Source of the DNA: Nannocystis bainbridge
GTDB lineage: Bacteria > Myxococcota_A > Polyangia > Nannocystales > Nannocystaceae
DNA: 64,000 bases
Assembly (NCBI RefSeq): GCF_028368995.1
Contig: NZ_JAQNDL010000001.1
Coordinates: 3,200,001-3,264,000 of the forward strand
Reading direction: 5' to 3'
Shown: positions 43,522 to 63,652 of the stretch, one piece after another
Layout of the letters: the number at the start of each line of letters is the position of its first letter
Numbering within the stretch: the stretch's first letter is position 1
Translations under genes and position numbers: made by a program
The notes under the pieces: model-generated
What the model saw: only the letters and a program-made list of their open reading frames with translations
The model's database searches: none
What the model was told of the DNA's origin: nothing

Positions 43522-44325
43522 GGCGTCGACCGGCGCGGTGGCCTCGGCGACCAACGCCGCGGCCTTGAGCGCCCCCTCGAGCGCGCGCGAGCCCTGCAGG
43601 CGATCGCCGGCCGCGAGGTGGCCGGCGGCGGCCGATCTGAACCAAGGGCCAGCCGCGGTCGCGGCCCGCCAGGCCCGCGCCCGCGCCCGCGCGGCGAACA
43701 CCCACGCCTCCGCGGCGCCGACAGTGCCGGGGGCATGCGAGGCCGTGTCGGCATGCGTCGATCGCGAAGCCTCGGAGGTCTCGCCCAGCGCCGCGGCTGC
43801 CTCTGTCGGCCCCGCTCCCGCGGTCCGCGAGGCATCACCTGCCGCTTCGGGGACCGCGCTTCCCAGCGCCGCGGCCGCGTCGCGGCTGAGCGCGGCGCGC
43901 CGCCAGTGACCGGCGGCTTCGAGGGCACAGCGGCCCGCGGCCAGGCGCGACGCGCCGACCTCCTCCTCGGTGAGGCTGGTCGGGCGTGCGGGGTGACGCG
44001 CCCGCACGGCCTCGATCTCGCGCTCACGATCGCCGGCGATCTGCTCGTACAACGCGGCGGCCGTCTCCGCGGCGATCGCGGCTTGCACCTGCGCAGCGGC
44101 GTGGACCGCCTGCGCGGCCGCCTGCGCCTGCCGCAGCAGCCCGGGCGTGACCTCGCCGGTGACCGCGAGCCCGAGGCGTCGCTGCAGGCCCGCGATCGCG
44201 GCGCTCTCGGTCGAGACGTCCCCCTCGTCGGCGAGCACCGCCAGCGCTTCGAGCAGGCTGCGAACCGCGCGTCCGGCGGGTCCTGGAGCGAGCTGCGGTG
44301 CGGTGGGCTGTGGCGCCTCGCTCAA
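43513..44325 (-). CDS. Hypothetical Ala-rich helical protein
   Basis: Protein-like frame filling the gap, divergent from the kinase; TTG start is a guess. Confidence 0.45.
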   Translation of the reverse strand: MSEAPQPTAPQLAPGPAGRAVRSLLEALAVLADEGDVSTESAAIAGLQRRLGLAVTGEVTPGLLRQAQAAAQAVHAAAQVQAAIAAETAAALYEQIAGDREREIEAVRARHPARPTSLTEEEVGASRLAAGRCALEAAGHWRRAALSRDAAAALGSAVPEAAGDASRTAGAGPTEAAAALGETSEASRSTHADTASHAPGTVGAAEAWVFAARARARAWRAATAAGPWFRSAAAGHLAAGDRLQGSRALEGALKAAALVAEATAPVDAWP

Positions 44326-44362
44326 GCGTCCTCGGCGAGCGGGATGGTACACTGCCCGCCCG

Positions 44363-47611
<3,249 letters not shown>

Positions 47612-48110
47612 CGAGATGTCCCGAGGGACATGTCGATCTCGGGCCGCGCGACGGCCGAACGACATGACTCGCGAGACAGGTGTCGTTAGTCAGCGCTGAC
47701 GCGCGTCGACGCCTGGCTCAAGAAGCAGGGCCAGCGCTGATAGGCTGTCCCGAGGGACATGTCGATTTGCGGCCGCGCGACGGCCGAACTGCATGGCCCG
47801 AGAGGTAGCTGTCTTCAGGTCGATCGTCGACCTGGCCCGAGAGACAGCCGCGTCGTTCTGTCCTGAGAGACATCCGCCGGGCTCGGCGTCACGCCATTCC
47901 GACATGTCATCCCGGACGCGTCATACTTTATAGAAAAAATAGGTCGTCTCGATGGACATGGATAGGCGTTAGCGTCCATCGAGACCGCGATACGAATAGA
48001 GGACACGTGACATCTTCGGTCCGCTCGCATAGCGCGAGAGCGGCGCGCGCCGGGGCCGGTTCGTGGCAGGACCCGGCGCGCGCCCGAGGAACCCCTGGCG
48101 AGGCGCGAGC

Positions 48111-49124
48111 TCAGGGGGCTTTGGTCCAGAAGAGGCCGTCGGAGAAGTCATCGAGATCGGAGCTCTTGCAGTCTGGCAGCGCCGCGCCGTTGCACTCGAC
48201 GCCGGTCAGCTGGAATTCGGGGCGACGCGGGCGGGTCACGCAGGCGGCGCCCTTGGGGCCGAAGATCGCCTCGGTCTTGAGGGTCGAGTTGGCGAAGTTG
48301 TGGATGCCCCACTTGTCCTCGAGGTCGATCGCCGTGCCCGATTTGGTCCACGAGTCGCCGTCGCCGCAGTAGTCGGCGCGGATCGTGCGGATGGCGCCCA
48401 TGAACTCGTAGTAGCCGATGTCCCACGGGCGGTAGCCCCACAGCGCGGCCTTGCCGATGCCGCCGTCGAGACAGGCGATGTTGATCAGGTCTTCCTTGTG
48501 GTCGACGTAGCCGTCGTCCATGTCGACGTGCAGGCCCTCGTAGACCACCGCCTCGAGGCCCTCGCCGTTGAGGTCGCCGCACGCGGCCAGCAGCGAGGTG
48601 TTTTTGATCGACTGGTACTTCTTGGTGTAGAAGTGCATCCCGTAGGCCGGGTCCTTCGGGTACGCGAACACGTACTTGTGATTTTGGTCGGCGCTGTCGA
48701 AGCGATACGAGTGGACGTACATCGTGCGCTTGCCCAGGCCGCCGCCGAAGGTGGCGAGCTCCCAGCGCGAGCCGGTGAAGTCCTTGCCCTTGTAGACGGT
48801 CCCCTTGACGCGGCCGTACAGCTGGCCCTTCTCCGACCACTGCTCGTCGAGCTTCAGCCAGGTGACCTGGTCCTTGTACATGATCTTGAGGTAGACCCCG
48901 AGCAGCTGGACGTCCTCGTGCTTCTCGCCCTTGCGGTTGATCTCGTGCAGCAGGTGATCGCCGATCGCGCTGGTGTTGAGGAGCAGGCCGCCGTTGCCGA
49001 AACCACCGGGGCGAAAGTCGACATCGCCGGGTGCGCCGAACTCGTCGTCGAGGGCCTCGTCACAGGCAGAAGCGGCCGAAAGGGACAGGGCGAGGGCGAG
49101 GAGGAGTTGGGTGCGGGACATCAT
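48111..49124 (-). CDS. ADYC domain-containing lipoprotein
   Basis: ASAC lipobox; AC..GGIGKA..WGY.PW and RTIRADYCGDG motif. Confidence 0.82.
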   Translation of the reverse strand: MMSRTQLLLALALSLSAASACDEALDDEFGAPGDVDFRPGGFGNGGLLLNTSAIGDHLLHEINRKGEKHEDVQLLGVYLKIMYKDQVTWLKLDEQWSEKGQLYGRVKGTVYKGKDFTGSRWELATFGGGLGKRTMYVHSYRFDSADQNHKYVFAYPKDPAYGMHFYTKKYQSIKNTSLLAACGDLNGEGLEAVVYEGLHVDMDDGYVDHKEDLINIACLDGGIGKAALWGYRPWDIGYYEFMGAIRTIRADYCGDGDSWTKSGTAIDLEDKWGIHNFANSTLKTEAIFGPKGAACVTRPRRPEFQLTGVECNGAALPDCKSSDLDDFSDGLFWTKAP

Positions 49125-49306
49125 GGGCTCCGGGTCGGGGCGACGCTTTCGCGTTCCTCCTTAGAAGTGATCGGGCCCCCACGACCAATTGCGTGGCCCG
49201 ACGATTTTCTTTGCCTGGGCCCGCGGGCTTGATTTCGGGCGCCCCGCGGGCCCGCGCGCAGTTTTTGGCGATCCGCCCGGGCCTGACGGACCACTCACGG
49301 TGGGGT

Positions 49307-49936
49307 ATGATGTGGACGCCGATGCATGACGATCAGCAGCTCCTCGAGTCCTGGCGCCGAGGCGACGACGACGCCGGCGAGCAGCTGTTCGAGCACTACT
49401 ACGAGGGGCTCTCTCGCTTCTTCCGCTCCAAGGCCGGAGACGGGGCCGCGGACCTCATCCAGCGCACGTTCCTGATCTTGCTGGAAACAAAGTCGCGGAT
49501 GCGCGAGGGCACCAGCTTCCATTGCTACCTGTACGGGATCGCCCGCAACGTGCTCTACGAGCACTACCGCGGCAAGCGGCGCGACGGCGAGCGCTTCCAG
49601 CCCGACGAGAACTCGGTCGAGGACCTCGGCCCGACGCCGACGACCCTGATGGCGCAGGCGCAGGAGACCCGGCTGCTGCTGCAGGCGCTGCGCCACATCC
49701 CGCTCGAATCACAGCTGATCCTCGAGCTGTATTACTGGGAGCAGATGACGGCCAAGGAGATCGCCGACGTGCTCGAGGTCCCCGAGGGCACGGCCCGCAC
49801 GCGGATCCGTCGCGCCAAGCAGCTGCTCGAGGCCCAGCTCGCCGCGCTCGCCGACACCCCTCAGCTCCTGCAGAGCACCGTGACCGACCTCGACAGCTGG
49901 GCTCAGCATCTGCGCACGGCCCTCAAGCCGCGCTAG
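49307..49936 (+). CDS. ECF RNA polymerase sigma factor
   Basis: DQQLLESWRRGD, YLYGIARN, EIADVLEVPEGTARTRIRRA. Confidence 0.9.
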   Translation: MMWTPMHDDQQLLESWRRGDDDAGEQLFEHYYEGLSRFFRSKAGDGAADLIQRTFLILLETKSRMREGTSFHCYLYGIARNVLYEHYRGKRRDGERFQPDENSVEDLGPTPTTLMAQAQETRLLLQALRHIPLESQLILELYYWEQMTAKEIADVLEVPEGTARTRIRRAKQLLEAQLAALADTPQLLQSTVTDLDSWAQHLRTALKPR

Positions 49937-50039
49937 CCGCTATCATCGCGAGGTGTCCGCCCGGGGCCCGATTTCGCGCCGATCGCAATCGTACGATCGG
50001 CGCAATTGCCGGGGCCCCGGGAGTCACTGAAACGGGGAG

Positions 50040-53000
50040 ATGGTCCCTCTCCGCCGCGTCCCCATTTTGACCGCCGACAAGGACATCAGCCTCGAGCAGA
50101 CGGCCATCTCGGCGGACGGGCACCTGTCCGAGCCGCCGGACCGCTCGCGGGCGAGGATCGCGTTCGAGGAGACCCGCATCGGCGAGTCGAGCGCGGGCGA
50201 CGAGCCGCTCGACTCGCGCCCGCCCGAGGCCGACATCGGCCTGCTCGAGACGCGCCACTCGGCGGCGCCGCACGGCGACAAGCTGCCGCGCCTCGGCGAC
50301 GGCGGCGACGAGCAGCGGATGAAGGCCCTCATCAAGGGCAAGCTGTTCCGCGCCCGCAGCACGCCGATCAAGATCGGTCGCTTCACGGTGCTCGACCGCC
50401 TCGGCGAGGGCGGCATGGGCGTGGTCTACACCGCGTACGACGACAAGCTCGAGCGCAAGGTCGCGGTCAAGGTCCTGCGCGGCGAGACCACCCGCGTCGA
50501 CGAGACCGGGCGCCACCGACTGATGCGCGAGGCGCAGGCGATGGCCCGCCTGTCGCACCCCAACATCGTCACGGTGCACGAGGTCGGCGACTTCGAGGAC
50601 CAGGTGTTCGTGGCGATGGAGTTCGTGCGCGGCATGAGCCTCGACGCGTGGATGCGCCGGCGCGACCGCTCGTGGCGCGAGGTCCTGGCGGTGTTCGTGC
50701 GAGCCGGCCGCGGCCTGCAGGCGGCCCACGCGGCCGGCATCATTCACCGCGACTTCAAGCCGCACAACGTGCTCGTCGGCGACGACGGGGCGGTCAAGGT
50801 CCTCGATTTCGGCCTGGCCCGGGCGATCGAGCACGCCGGCAGCGACGACCTGGCGATCACGGCCTCGAGCGGCGAGTCGGCCGGCCACGCGCTGATGGTG
50901 CCGCTGACGCAGACCGGCGCGATCATGGGGACGCCGGCGTACATGGCCCCGGAGCAGCACGAGGGCCGCACGGCCAGCGCCGCCAGCGATCAGTTCGCGT
51001 TCTGCATCTCGCTGTACGAGGGGCTCTACAAGCGCCACCCGTTCTCGACCGACTCGCTGGCGAGCCTGATCAGCGACGCGATCCTCGGCCGGGTCGCGCC
51101 GGCGCCGGCGGGCTCGAAGGTGCCGTCGCGGATCTACAAGGCGCTGCAGCGCGGGCTGTCGGTCGCCACCGATCGCCGGTTCGCGTCGATGGCCGACCTG
51201 CTGACCGAGCTGGAGCGCGACCCCGAGGTCCGGCGCCGGCGTGCATTCGCCGGGACCGCGCTGGCCGGGCTGGTCGGCGCGGCCGGCTTCGGCGCCGCCG
51301 CCATGCAGCAGCCCGTGGCGGCGCCGATCTGCGACGCCGCCGCCAGCGAGCTGGCCGGGGTGTGGAGCGGCGAGCGCGGCGAGGCTGTCCATTCGGCCAT
51401 GTTGGCGACCGGGGTGCCGTACGCCGCCGACACCTGGTCCAAAGTACAGCCGCAGCTGCAGGCCTACGCCGACGCGTGGGTCGGCATGCGCGGCGAGGCG
51501 TGTACGACCCACGCCTCGGGCCACCAGTCGGACCCGCTGTTCGACCTGCGCACCGCCTGCCTCGACCAGCGCCGGGCCAGCTTCGCCGGGCTGGTCGACA
51601 CGCTGGCCTCGGCCGACGCGGTGGTGATGGAGAAGGCGATGCAGGCGCTGGCGTCGCTGCCGACGATCGAGCGCTGCGGCGACGTCGCGGCGCTGACCGC
51701 CGAGGTCGCGCCGCCCGACGATGCGCGGGCGCGGGTGCGGGTGCAGGCGGTGCGCGAGGCGCTGGCGCGGGCGGCCGTGCAGGAGCAGGCGGGCCGCTAC
51801 CACGCCGGGCTGGCGACGATCGCTTCGATGGAAGGCGAGACGGCGGCGCTCGCTTACCCGCCGCTGCGCGGCGAGGTGGCGCTGCGCCGGGGCAGCTTGC
51901 AGATGGAGGCTGGCGACTTCCCGGCCGCCGACGCGGCGTTCGGCCAGGCGCTGTGGACGGCGGTCGCCGCCGACGACGCCCGCACCGCGGCCCAGGCGGT
52001 GTCGAAGCGGATGTTCCTGCGCGCGGCTCGCATGAGCCAGCCGGCCGAGGCGCTGCGGGACCTCGAGCTGGCGCAGGCGCTGCACGTGCGGGTGAAGGAC
52101 GACGTCGAGCTGACGGCCGAGTTCGAGAACAACCTCGGCGGCGTGGCGATGATGACCGGCGACTACGCCGGGGCCCGCGAGCACATGCTGGCCGCCGTGG
52201 CCGCGCGCACCGGGGCCGGCCGCCACGACACGGTCGCCAACGCGTTCACTTACAACAACCTCGGCTACCTCGCGGCCTACCTCGGCGACGCCGACGACGC
52301 GGCCCGCTACTACGGCAGCTCGCTGCAGCTCGGCGAGCGCCTGCTGGGCGCCGCCCACCCGAACGTGCTGCTGGTGCGCAGCAACGTCGGCACCGCGCTG
52401 CAGATGCAGAACCACCTGGCCGAAAGTACATCCGTGCTGCAGGCCACGGTCGACGCCCTGCGCGAGGCCGGCGCGACCGAGACGCCGACCTACGGGTGGG
52501 CGCGGGCCCGGCTCGGCTACAACGCGCTCACCGTGCGCGACCTGCCGCGCGCGCGCGCCGACTTCGAGGCCGGCCGGGCGGCGTTCCTGGCCACCGATCC
52601 CGACGAGACCAGCGCCCGCGAGGCCCTGTTCGGGCTCGGCCTGCTGGCCGCCGCGGAGCGCGACGTGAGCGGCGCGCAGGCGATCTACGACGACATCGTC
52701 GATCGCATGGAGCGCCGCTTCGGCGCCGACCACCCCGAGGCCCTGGTCGCCCGCGTGCGCTTCGGCGAGGCGCTGCTGCGGGCCGAGCGCCCGCGCGAGG
52801 CGCTACCGCAGGCCGAGCGCGTGACCGCGAAGTGCGAAGAGGCGACGCCCGACATGGCGGTGCTGTGCGCCGACGCGGCGCGTTTGACCGGCGACGCCCG
52901 CCTGGCCCTCGGTGAGGGCGAGGCGGCGAGCGAGCCGCTGCGCCGGGCGCTGGCGCTCTACGAGCAGGTGCAGGGCGCGTCGAGCCCGGAGATCGTGGCG

Positions 53001-53288
53001 ACGCTGCGGCTGCTCGGCGAGTCGGCGCTGGCGCTGGGCCGCCGCGAGGAGGCGGTCACCCACCTGCGCCGCGCCGCCACGCTCGCGGCCGCCGGCTTCG
53101 ACGCCGACCACCCGGACCTGGCCCGCACGCAATTCAGCCTGGCCCGCGCGCTGGCCGACGGCGGCGCAGCGACCCCGGAGGCCCGCGACCTGGCCGACAC
53201 GGCGCTGGCCGCCTACAAGCGCCGCGGCGAGGCGTTCGCCCCCGAGTCGCAGGCGATCGCGGGCTGGCTGGCGACGCTCCCGGCCTGA
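50040..53288 (+). CDS. Ser/Thr protein kinase with C-terminal TPR repeats
   Basis: GEGGMG, VAVKVL, HRDFKPHN, DFG, GTPAYMAPE; TPRs. Start uncertain. Confidence 0.92.
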   Translation: MVPLRRVPILTADKDISLEQTAISADGHLSEPPDRSRARIAFEETRIGESSAGDEPLDSRPPEADIGLLETRHSAAPHGDKLPRLGDGGDEQRMKALIKGKLFRARSTPIKIGRFTVLDRLGEGGMGVVYTAYDDKLERKVAVKVLRGETTRVDETGRHRLMREAQAMARLSHPNIVTVHEVGDFEDQVFVAMEFVRGMSLDAWMRRRDRSWREVLAVFVRAGRGLQAAHAAGIIHRDFKPHNVLVGDDGAVKVLDFGLARAIEHAGSDDLAITASSGESAGHALMVPLTQTGAIMGTPAYMAPEQHEGRTASAASDQFAFCISLYEGLYKRHPFSTDSLASLISDAILGRVAPAPAGSKVPSRIYKALQRGLSVATDRRFASMADLLTELERDPEVRRRRAFAGTALAGLVGAAGFGAAAMQQPVAAPICDAAASELAGVWSGERGEAVHSAMLATGVPYAADTWSKVQPQLQAYADAWVGMRGEACTTHASGHQSDPLFDLRTACLDQRRASFAGLVDTLASADAVVMEKAMQALASLPTIERCGDVAALTAEVAPPDDARARVRVQAVREALARAAVQEQAGRYHAGLATIASMEGETAALAYPPLRGEVALRRGSLQMEAGDFPAADAAFGQALWTAVAADDARTAAQAVSKRMFLRAARMSQPAEALRDLELAQALHVRVKDDVELTAEFENNLGGVAMMTGDYAGAREHMLAAVAARTGAGRHDTVANAFTYNNLGYLAAYLGDADDAARYYGSSLQLGERLLGAAHPNVLLVRSNVGTALQMQNHLAESTSVLQATVDALREAGATETPTYGWARARLGYNALTVRDLPRARADFEAGRAAFLATDPDETSAREALFGLGLLAAAERDVSGAQAIYDDIVDRMERRFGADHPEALVARVRFGEALLRAERPREALPQAERVTAKCEEATPDMAVLCADAARLTGDARLALGEGEAASEPLRRALALYEQVQGASSPEIVATLRLLGESALALGRREEAVTHLRRAATLAAAGFDADHPDLARTQFSLARALADGGAATPEARDLADTALAAYKRRGEAFAPESQAIAGWLATLPA

Positions 53289-53657
53289 CCCGAAGGACAG
53301 GCGATCGGAGGTCGCCGCCGGCCTGACCCGAAGGACAGGCGAGCGCAGGTCGTCGCCGGCCTGACCCGAAGGACAGGCGAGCGCAGGTCGTCGCCGGCCT
53401 GACCCGAAGGACAGACGAGCACAGGTCGTCGCCGACATGACCCAAAGGACATGCGGACGGAGGTTGGCCCGACCTGACTCGAGGAACAGGGGAGCACAGG
53501 TCGTATGGACATGACTCCAAGGACATGTGCGTGCGGCGCCGGACGGCAGCGCTGCCGATGACCCTAAGGACAGGCGAGCACAGGTCGCCCGCGACATGAC
53601 CCGCAGGACATGTAGTCGGGACGTCTCGCCGCGGCGCCGCGGCTGGCCCGAAGGACA
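53280..53657. repeat. Ten-unit tandem array (~38-bp period) of a hairpin-forming repeat
   Basis: Core (C)CTGACCCGAAGGACAGG starts at 53284, 53322, 53360, 53398, 53436, 53473, 53510, 53557, 53595, 53642. Confidence 0.92.
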
Positions 53658-53672
53658 TCTCACCGGAACCAC

Positions 53673-53739
53673 AAAAGCGAACGCCGCCCGGGCGTGGCCA
53701 GGGCGGCGGATCGTCAGCCAGTCCGCCGCATCGCGGCGG
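53673..53739 (-). terminator. Two GC hairpins after the RT stop; the second is followed by a short U tract
   Basis: CCGCCGC/GCGGCGG (53723-53739) and CGCCGCCC/GGGCGGCG (53682-53708), then GTTCGCTTTT on the minus strand. Confidence 0.5.
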
Positions 53740-53744
53740 CCGGG

Positions 53745-55046
53745 CTACACGCGGTCGAGCGCCGCGAGCAGCTGCTTCCCGAGCTTCTTGTCGGTCATGT
53801 AGATGTAGGCGATCCGTCCGGCCAGGCTGGACAGCGTCTCGCCTTCCTTCAGCGGCTTGCCGTGGGCCAGGTTGTGCACGGCGGCCCGGACCTCGCGCTT
53901 GAACTCGCGGGTGACCCGGGGACCCTGCTTGCCGTTGACCACCAGGCCGGTGACCTGCTGGCGGCCGCCGGAGCGGTGCACGCGGGTCTTGTCCGGGTGG
54001 ACGGTGAAGCCCTCGGCGGCGGCGATGATCGAGATCCCGCCGAGCAGCCCGCCGACGTGCGGCTTGCCCTTGTGCTCGTTGGGCAGGCTGAACGTCAGGT
54101 CGTCGGCGTAGCGCGTGTATCGCCAGCCGAGCTTCTTGGCCAGGCCCTGCAGGCGGCGGTCGAGCCGCAGGCACAGCGTGTTGGTGATCGCCGGGCTGGT
54201 CGGGGCCCCCTGCGGCAGGCAACGTGGCCCGAGGGACAGGTAGTAGGTCGTGCCCTCGACCTCGGCCACGTGGCGCGGCGCCTCGGTGCACAGCAGCGCC
54301 AGCAGGGTCGCGATCTGCTCGCGGTAGCCGGCCTTGCGGAACACCCCCTTGACCCGCGGCAGCGTCACCGTCGGGAAGAAGTCCTTGAGGTCGACCTTCA
54401 GCAGGATCTGCGAGTCGCGGTGGACCGCCGCGTTGGTGGCCGTCGAGCGGCCGTGCAGGAACCCGTGGGCCGCCCCGTGGACCGGCAGGCGCTCCACCAC
54501 CTCGCGCAAGATCCACCGCTGCGCCGCCTTGAGCGTGCGGTGCGGGGCCCAGATCGCGCGCTTGCTGCCGTCGCGCTTGGGGATCTCGAACCGGTAGTAG
54601 TTGAGCTTCGTCGCCGCGTCGCGGTGGTACGCGAGGCGGCGCAGCTCGGCGATGCTGACCCCGAGCGCCTCGGCCAGCTCCTTCGGCTTGTCGAGCCTCG
54701 GCAGCTCGTTCTCCGCCTGGCGCTCCTCGGCGCCGGGCAGGTCCCACTTGTCGTGGTCGAGCTGGTCGTTCCAGAACACGCCCTCGCCGAGGTGGACCAG
54801 GTGCGAGGCCTTGTAGGCGAGCCACGCCTCCTTGGCCAGGCGCCGCTTCTCGGCCGCCTCGTCCTTGAGCGTCTTCTTGTAGCGCTCGAGCTCGGCCTTG
54901 CTCATGCTGTCGGTCGGCTTGCGCTCGACCAGGTAGCCCTTCTCCTTGAGCTGGGCCTCGATGTACTTGTCGCGCCCGCCCGCCGACTCGACGGCGCGCC
55001 AGGTCTCGAGCATGCGGCTGTAATCAATGCGGTTGGTATTCGCCAT
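53745..55046 (-). CDS. Retron-type reverse transcriptase, myxobacterial Mx162-like
   Basis: IPKRDGSKR, HGAAHGF, NA..H, DLKDFFP, LPQGAPTSP, YTRYADDLTFS, retron region-Y VTGLVVN. Confidence 0.95.
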   Translation of the reverse strand: MANTNRIDYSRMLETWRAVESAGGRDKYIEAQLKEKGYLVERKPTDSMSKAELERYKKTLKDEAAEKRRLAKEAWLAYKASHLVHLGEGVFWNDQLDHDKWDLPGAEERQAENELPRLDKPKELAEALGVSIAELRRLAYHRDAATKLNYYRFEIPKRDGSKRAIWAPHRTLKAAQRWILREVVERLPVHGAAHGFLHGRSTATNAAVHRDSQILLKVDLKDFFPTVTLPRVKGVFRKAGYREQIATLLALLCTEAPRHVAEVEGTTYYLSLGPRCLPQGAPTSPAITNTLCLRLDRRLQGLAKKLGWRYTRYADDLTFSLPNEHKGKPHVGGLLGGISIIAAAEGFTVHPDKTRVHRSGGRQQVTGLVVNGKQGPRVTREFKREVRAAVHNLAHGKPLKEGETLSSLAGRIAYIYMTDKKLGKQLLAALDRV

Positions 55047-55052
55047 GATGGT

Positions 55053-56959
55053 CTACCCCGCGCTCCCGTCGAGAAACCCGCGCGCCTCGAGGTCGTCGAC
55101 GCGCTCGAAGAAGGCCGCTCGCGCCTCGGCGACCGAGCCGAACACGAAGCTCTGGACCCGCAGCTTGGCCGCTCCACGCGGGCCCCAGCGGATCCGGAGG
55201 CGCTGGCGGTCCAGCGACAGCTGCACGATCTCCTCCGACTCGCCCGTCGCCCCGGCCGCCACCGGCAAGCGCCGCGCGTAGGTCCGGGTCTCGAGCGTGA
55301 TCGTCCCGCGCTCCGAGCCGCGGGCCTGACGGCGCCGCTCCTCCTCCTGCGCCTGGGCGATCCGCAGCGCGATCAGGTGGGCGCACGGGCCCTCCTTCAG
55401 CTTGTGCTTGCGGTAGAACGCGCAGGTGCACTCGGCCCCGCGCACGCGGCCGTCGTCGTCGAGCGTCAGCTGCGGCCGGTAGTCGCGGCGGTCGGCGGTC
55501 ACGGTGACCTTGCCGGTCAGCTCGAGGCCGACGCCGTAGATCCGGTTCTCGCTGGCGATCTTGACCGCGCCCTTGGCCACCAGGTCGTGCGCCACCTTCT
55601 CGCGAGCGTTGCGGTAGACCAGGCGGCTCAGGTCGATCGCGCCGCCGAGCAGCGGGCGGTAGCGGTAGCGGTCTTCGGACAGGTCGTACATCACCTGGCC
55701 GTGCTGGCAGGCCTTCTGCAGCGCCGCGCGCACGTCGGCGATCGGCTTCTTGGTGCTCTTGGCCAGCTCGTCCGCGGACGCCACCCACACCTCGCCGAGC
55801 TTCTTCAGCACCGCCGAGAGCACGGCCGCCGCCTCCTCGCCGCGGTCGCGCGGCAGCAGTTGGTCGAAGCCGACCGCCTGCGACCAGTTGGCCGAGGTGA
55901 AGCCCGACAGGCCGAGCGTGAAGGTCACCGGGCCGGCGCGCAGCACGTAGAAGCTGGGCAGGCCCGAGCCGAGCAGGTGGATGTCGACGGTCTCGACGAA
56001 CGGCAGCAGGCGGCGCAGCAGGCTCAGGCGCCGGCGGCCCCAGATCCGCACCAGCGCCGGCTGGCGGCCGGTGAACGGGCCCGCGCTGGTGGCGAGCACC
56101 AGCTCCCACGGCTCGAGCACCAGCCGCGGCGGCTCGCCGGGCACCAGCTCGACGCGGACGCCGCGGCCGCCCTGCTTCTTGTCGGCGTTGAGCCGCAGGT
56201 GGCGCAGCACGTTGTAGAGGTCGATCGCGGCGATGCGGACCGCGGTGGTCGGCAGCGTCGCCGCCGCTTGCACCTGCAAGAACCCGCGCAGCCAGCTGTC
56301 GGGCAGCTGGATCGACTTCTCGATCACCGGCGGGCGCGTCGCGTCGCTGGCGACGCTGACCGCGTCGACGCCGATCGACAGCTTCGTCTCACGATAGCTG
56401 CGGATCCGCTGCACCCCGTCGAACAGCGCCTTGCTGTAGTCGACGTTGGTGGTGCCGTGCTGCAGCTCACCGCTGCGGTCGATGGCCGACCAGTCGATCG
56501 CCATCTGCGCGTAGGCGCCCTCGTCCTTGCTGAACACCTCGAACAGCAGCTTGTCGGGGTGCACGGTGACGACCGGGTCGAGCACCACCCACGCCGACGG
56601 GTCGTTGCGCGCCAGCCAGTCGAAGTAGGCCTGCTGGGCCTGCCACGCGCTCTGCCCGGCGGTCTGCTTCTTCAGCCGCTGGTAGGCGAGGTAGGCCGTC
56701 CTGTCCTTCGGGACATAACGGAAGTCCGAGCTGACGACCTCGTACATCGCCGACAGCGCCTCGCGCACCAGCAGCGGCTGCTTGACGGTGCCCTCGGCCC
56801 GCACCGGCGGTCGCTCGGTGTTGACGAAGATCTGTAGCTTCGCCGAGCTCTCGCCCGCCTCGAGCTGGCTGGCGCCGGCGTAGCCGAGGCGGACCGGCGT
56901 CCGCGGGTCGGTGAGCTGCTCCTCGGGCTTGCTCGACTCCGGTTCCTTGGTTTCCTCGC

Positions 56960-56963
<4 letters not shown>
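55053..56963 (-). CDS. SWIM zinc-finger protein with C-terminal WGR-like domain (retron type XIII accessory-like)
   Basis: CTC-x13-C-x-H (CTCAFYRKHKLKEGPCAH); SWLRGFLQVQ; C-terminal RWGPRG...EARGF; GTGA overlap with the upstream gene. Confidence 0.85.

Positions 56964-63651
<6,688 letters not shown>

Positions 63652-63652
<1 letters not shown>

Noticed and set aside
53280-53657. CRISPR array
   Set aside because: Linkers are about 20 nt, mutually homologous and two are identical; no cas genes in the window.
53745-55046. Group II intron or DGR reverse transcriptase
   Set aside because: Has the retron VTG region and Mx162-like N-terminus; no maturase/endonuclease domain, and no TR/VR pair with adenine-specific mismatches was seen.
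55047-55052. msr-msd ncRNA upstream of the RT
   Set aside because: Only 6 nt separate the SWIM stop from the RT start; I could not identify a1/a2 inverted repeats nearby.
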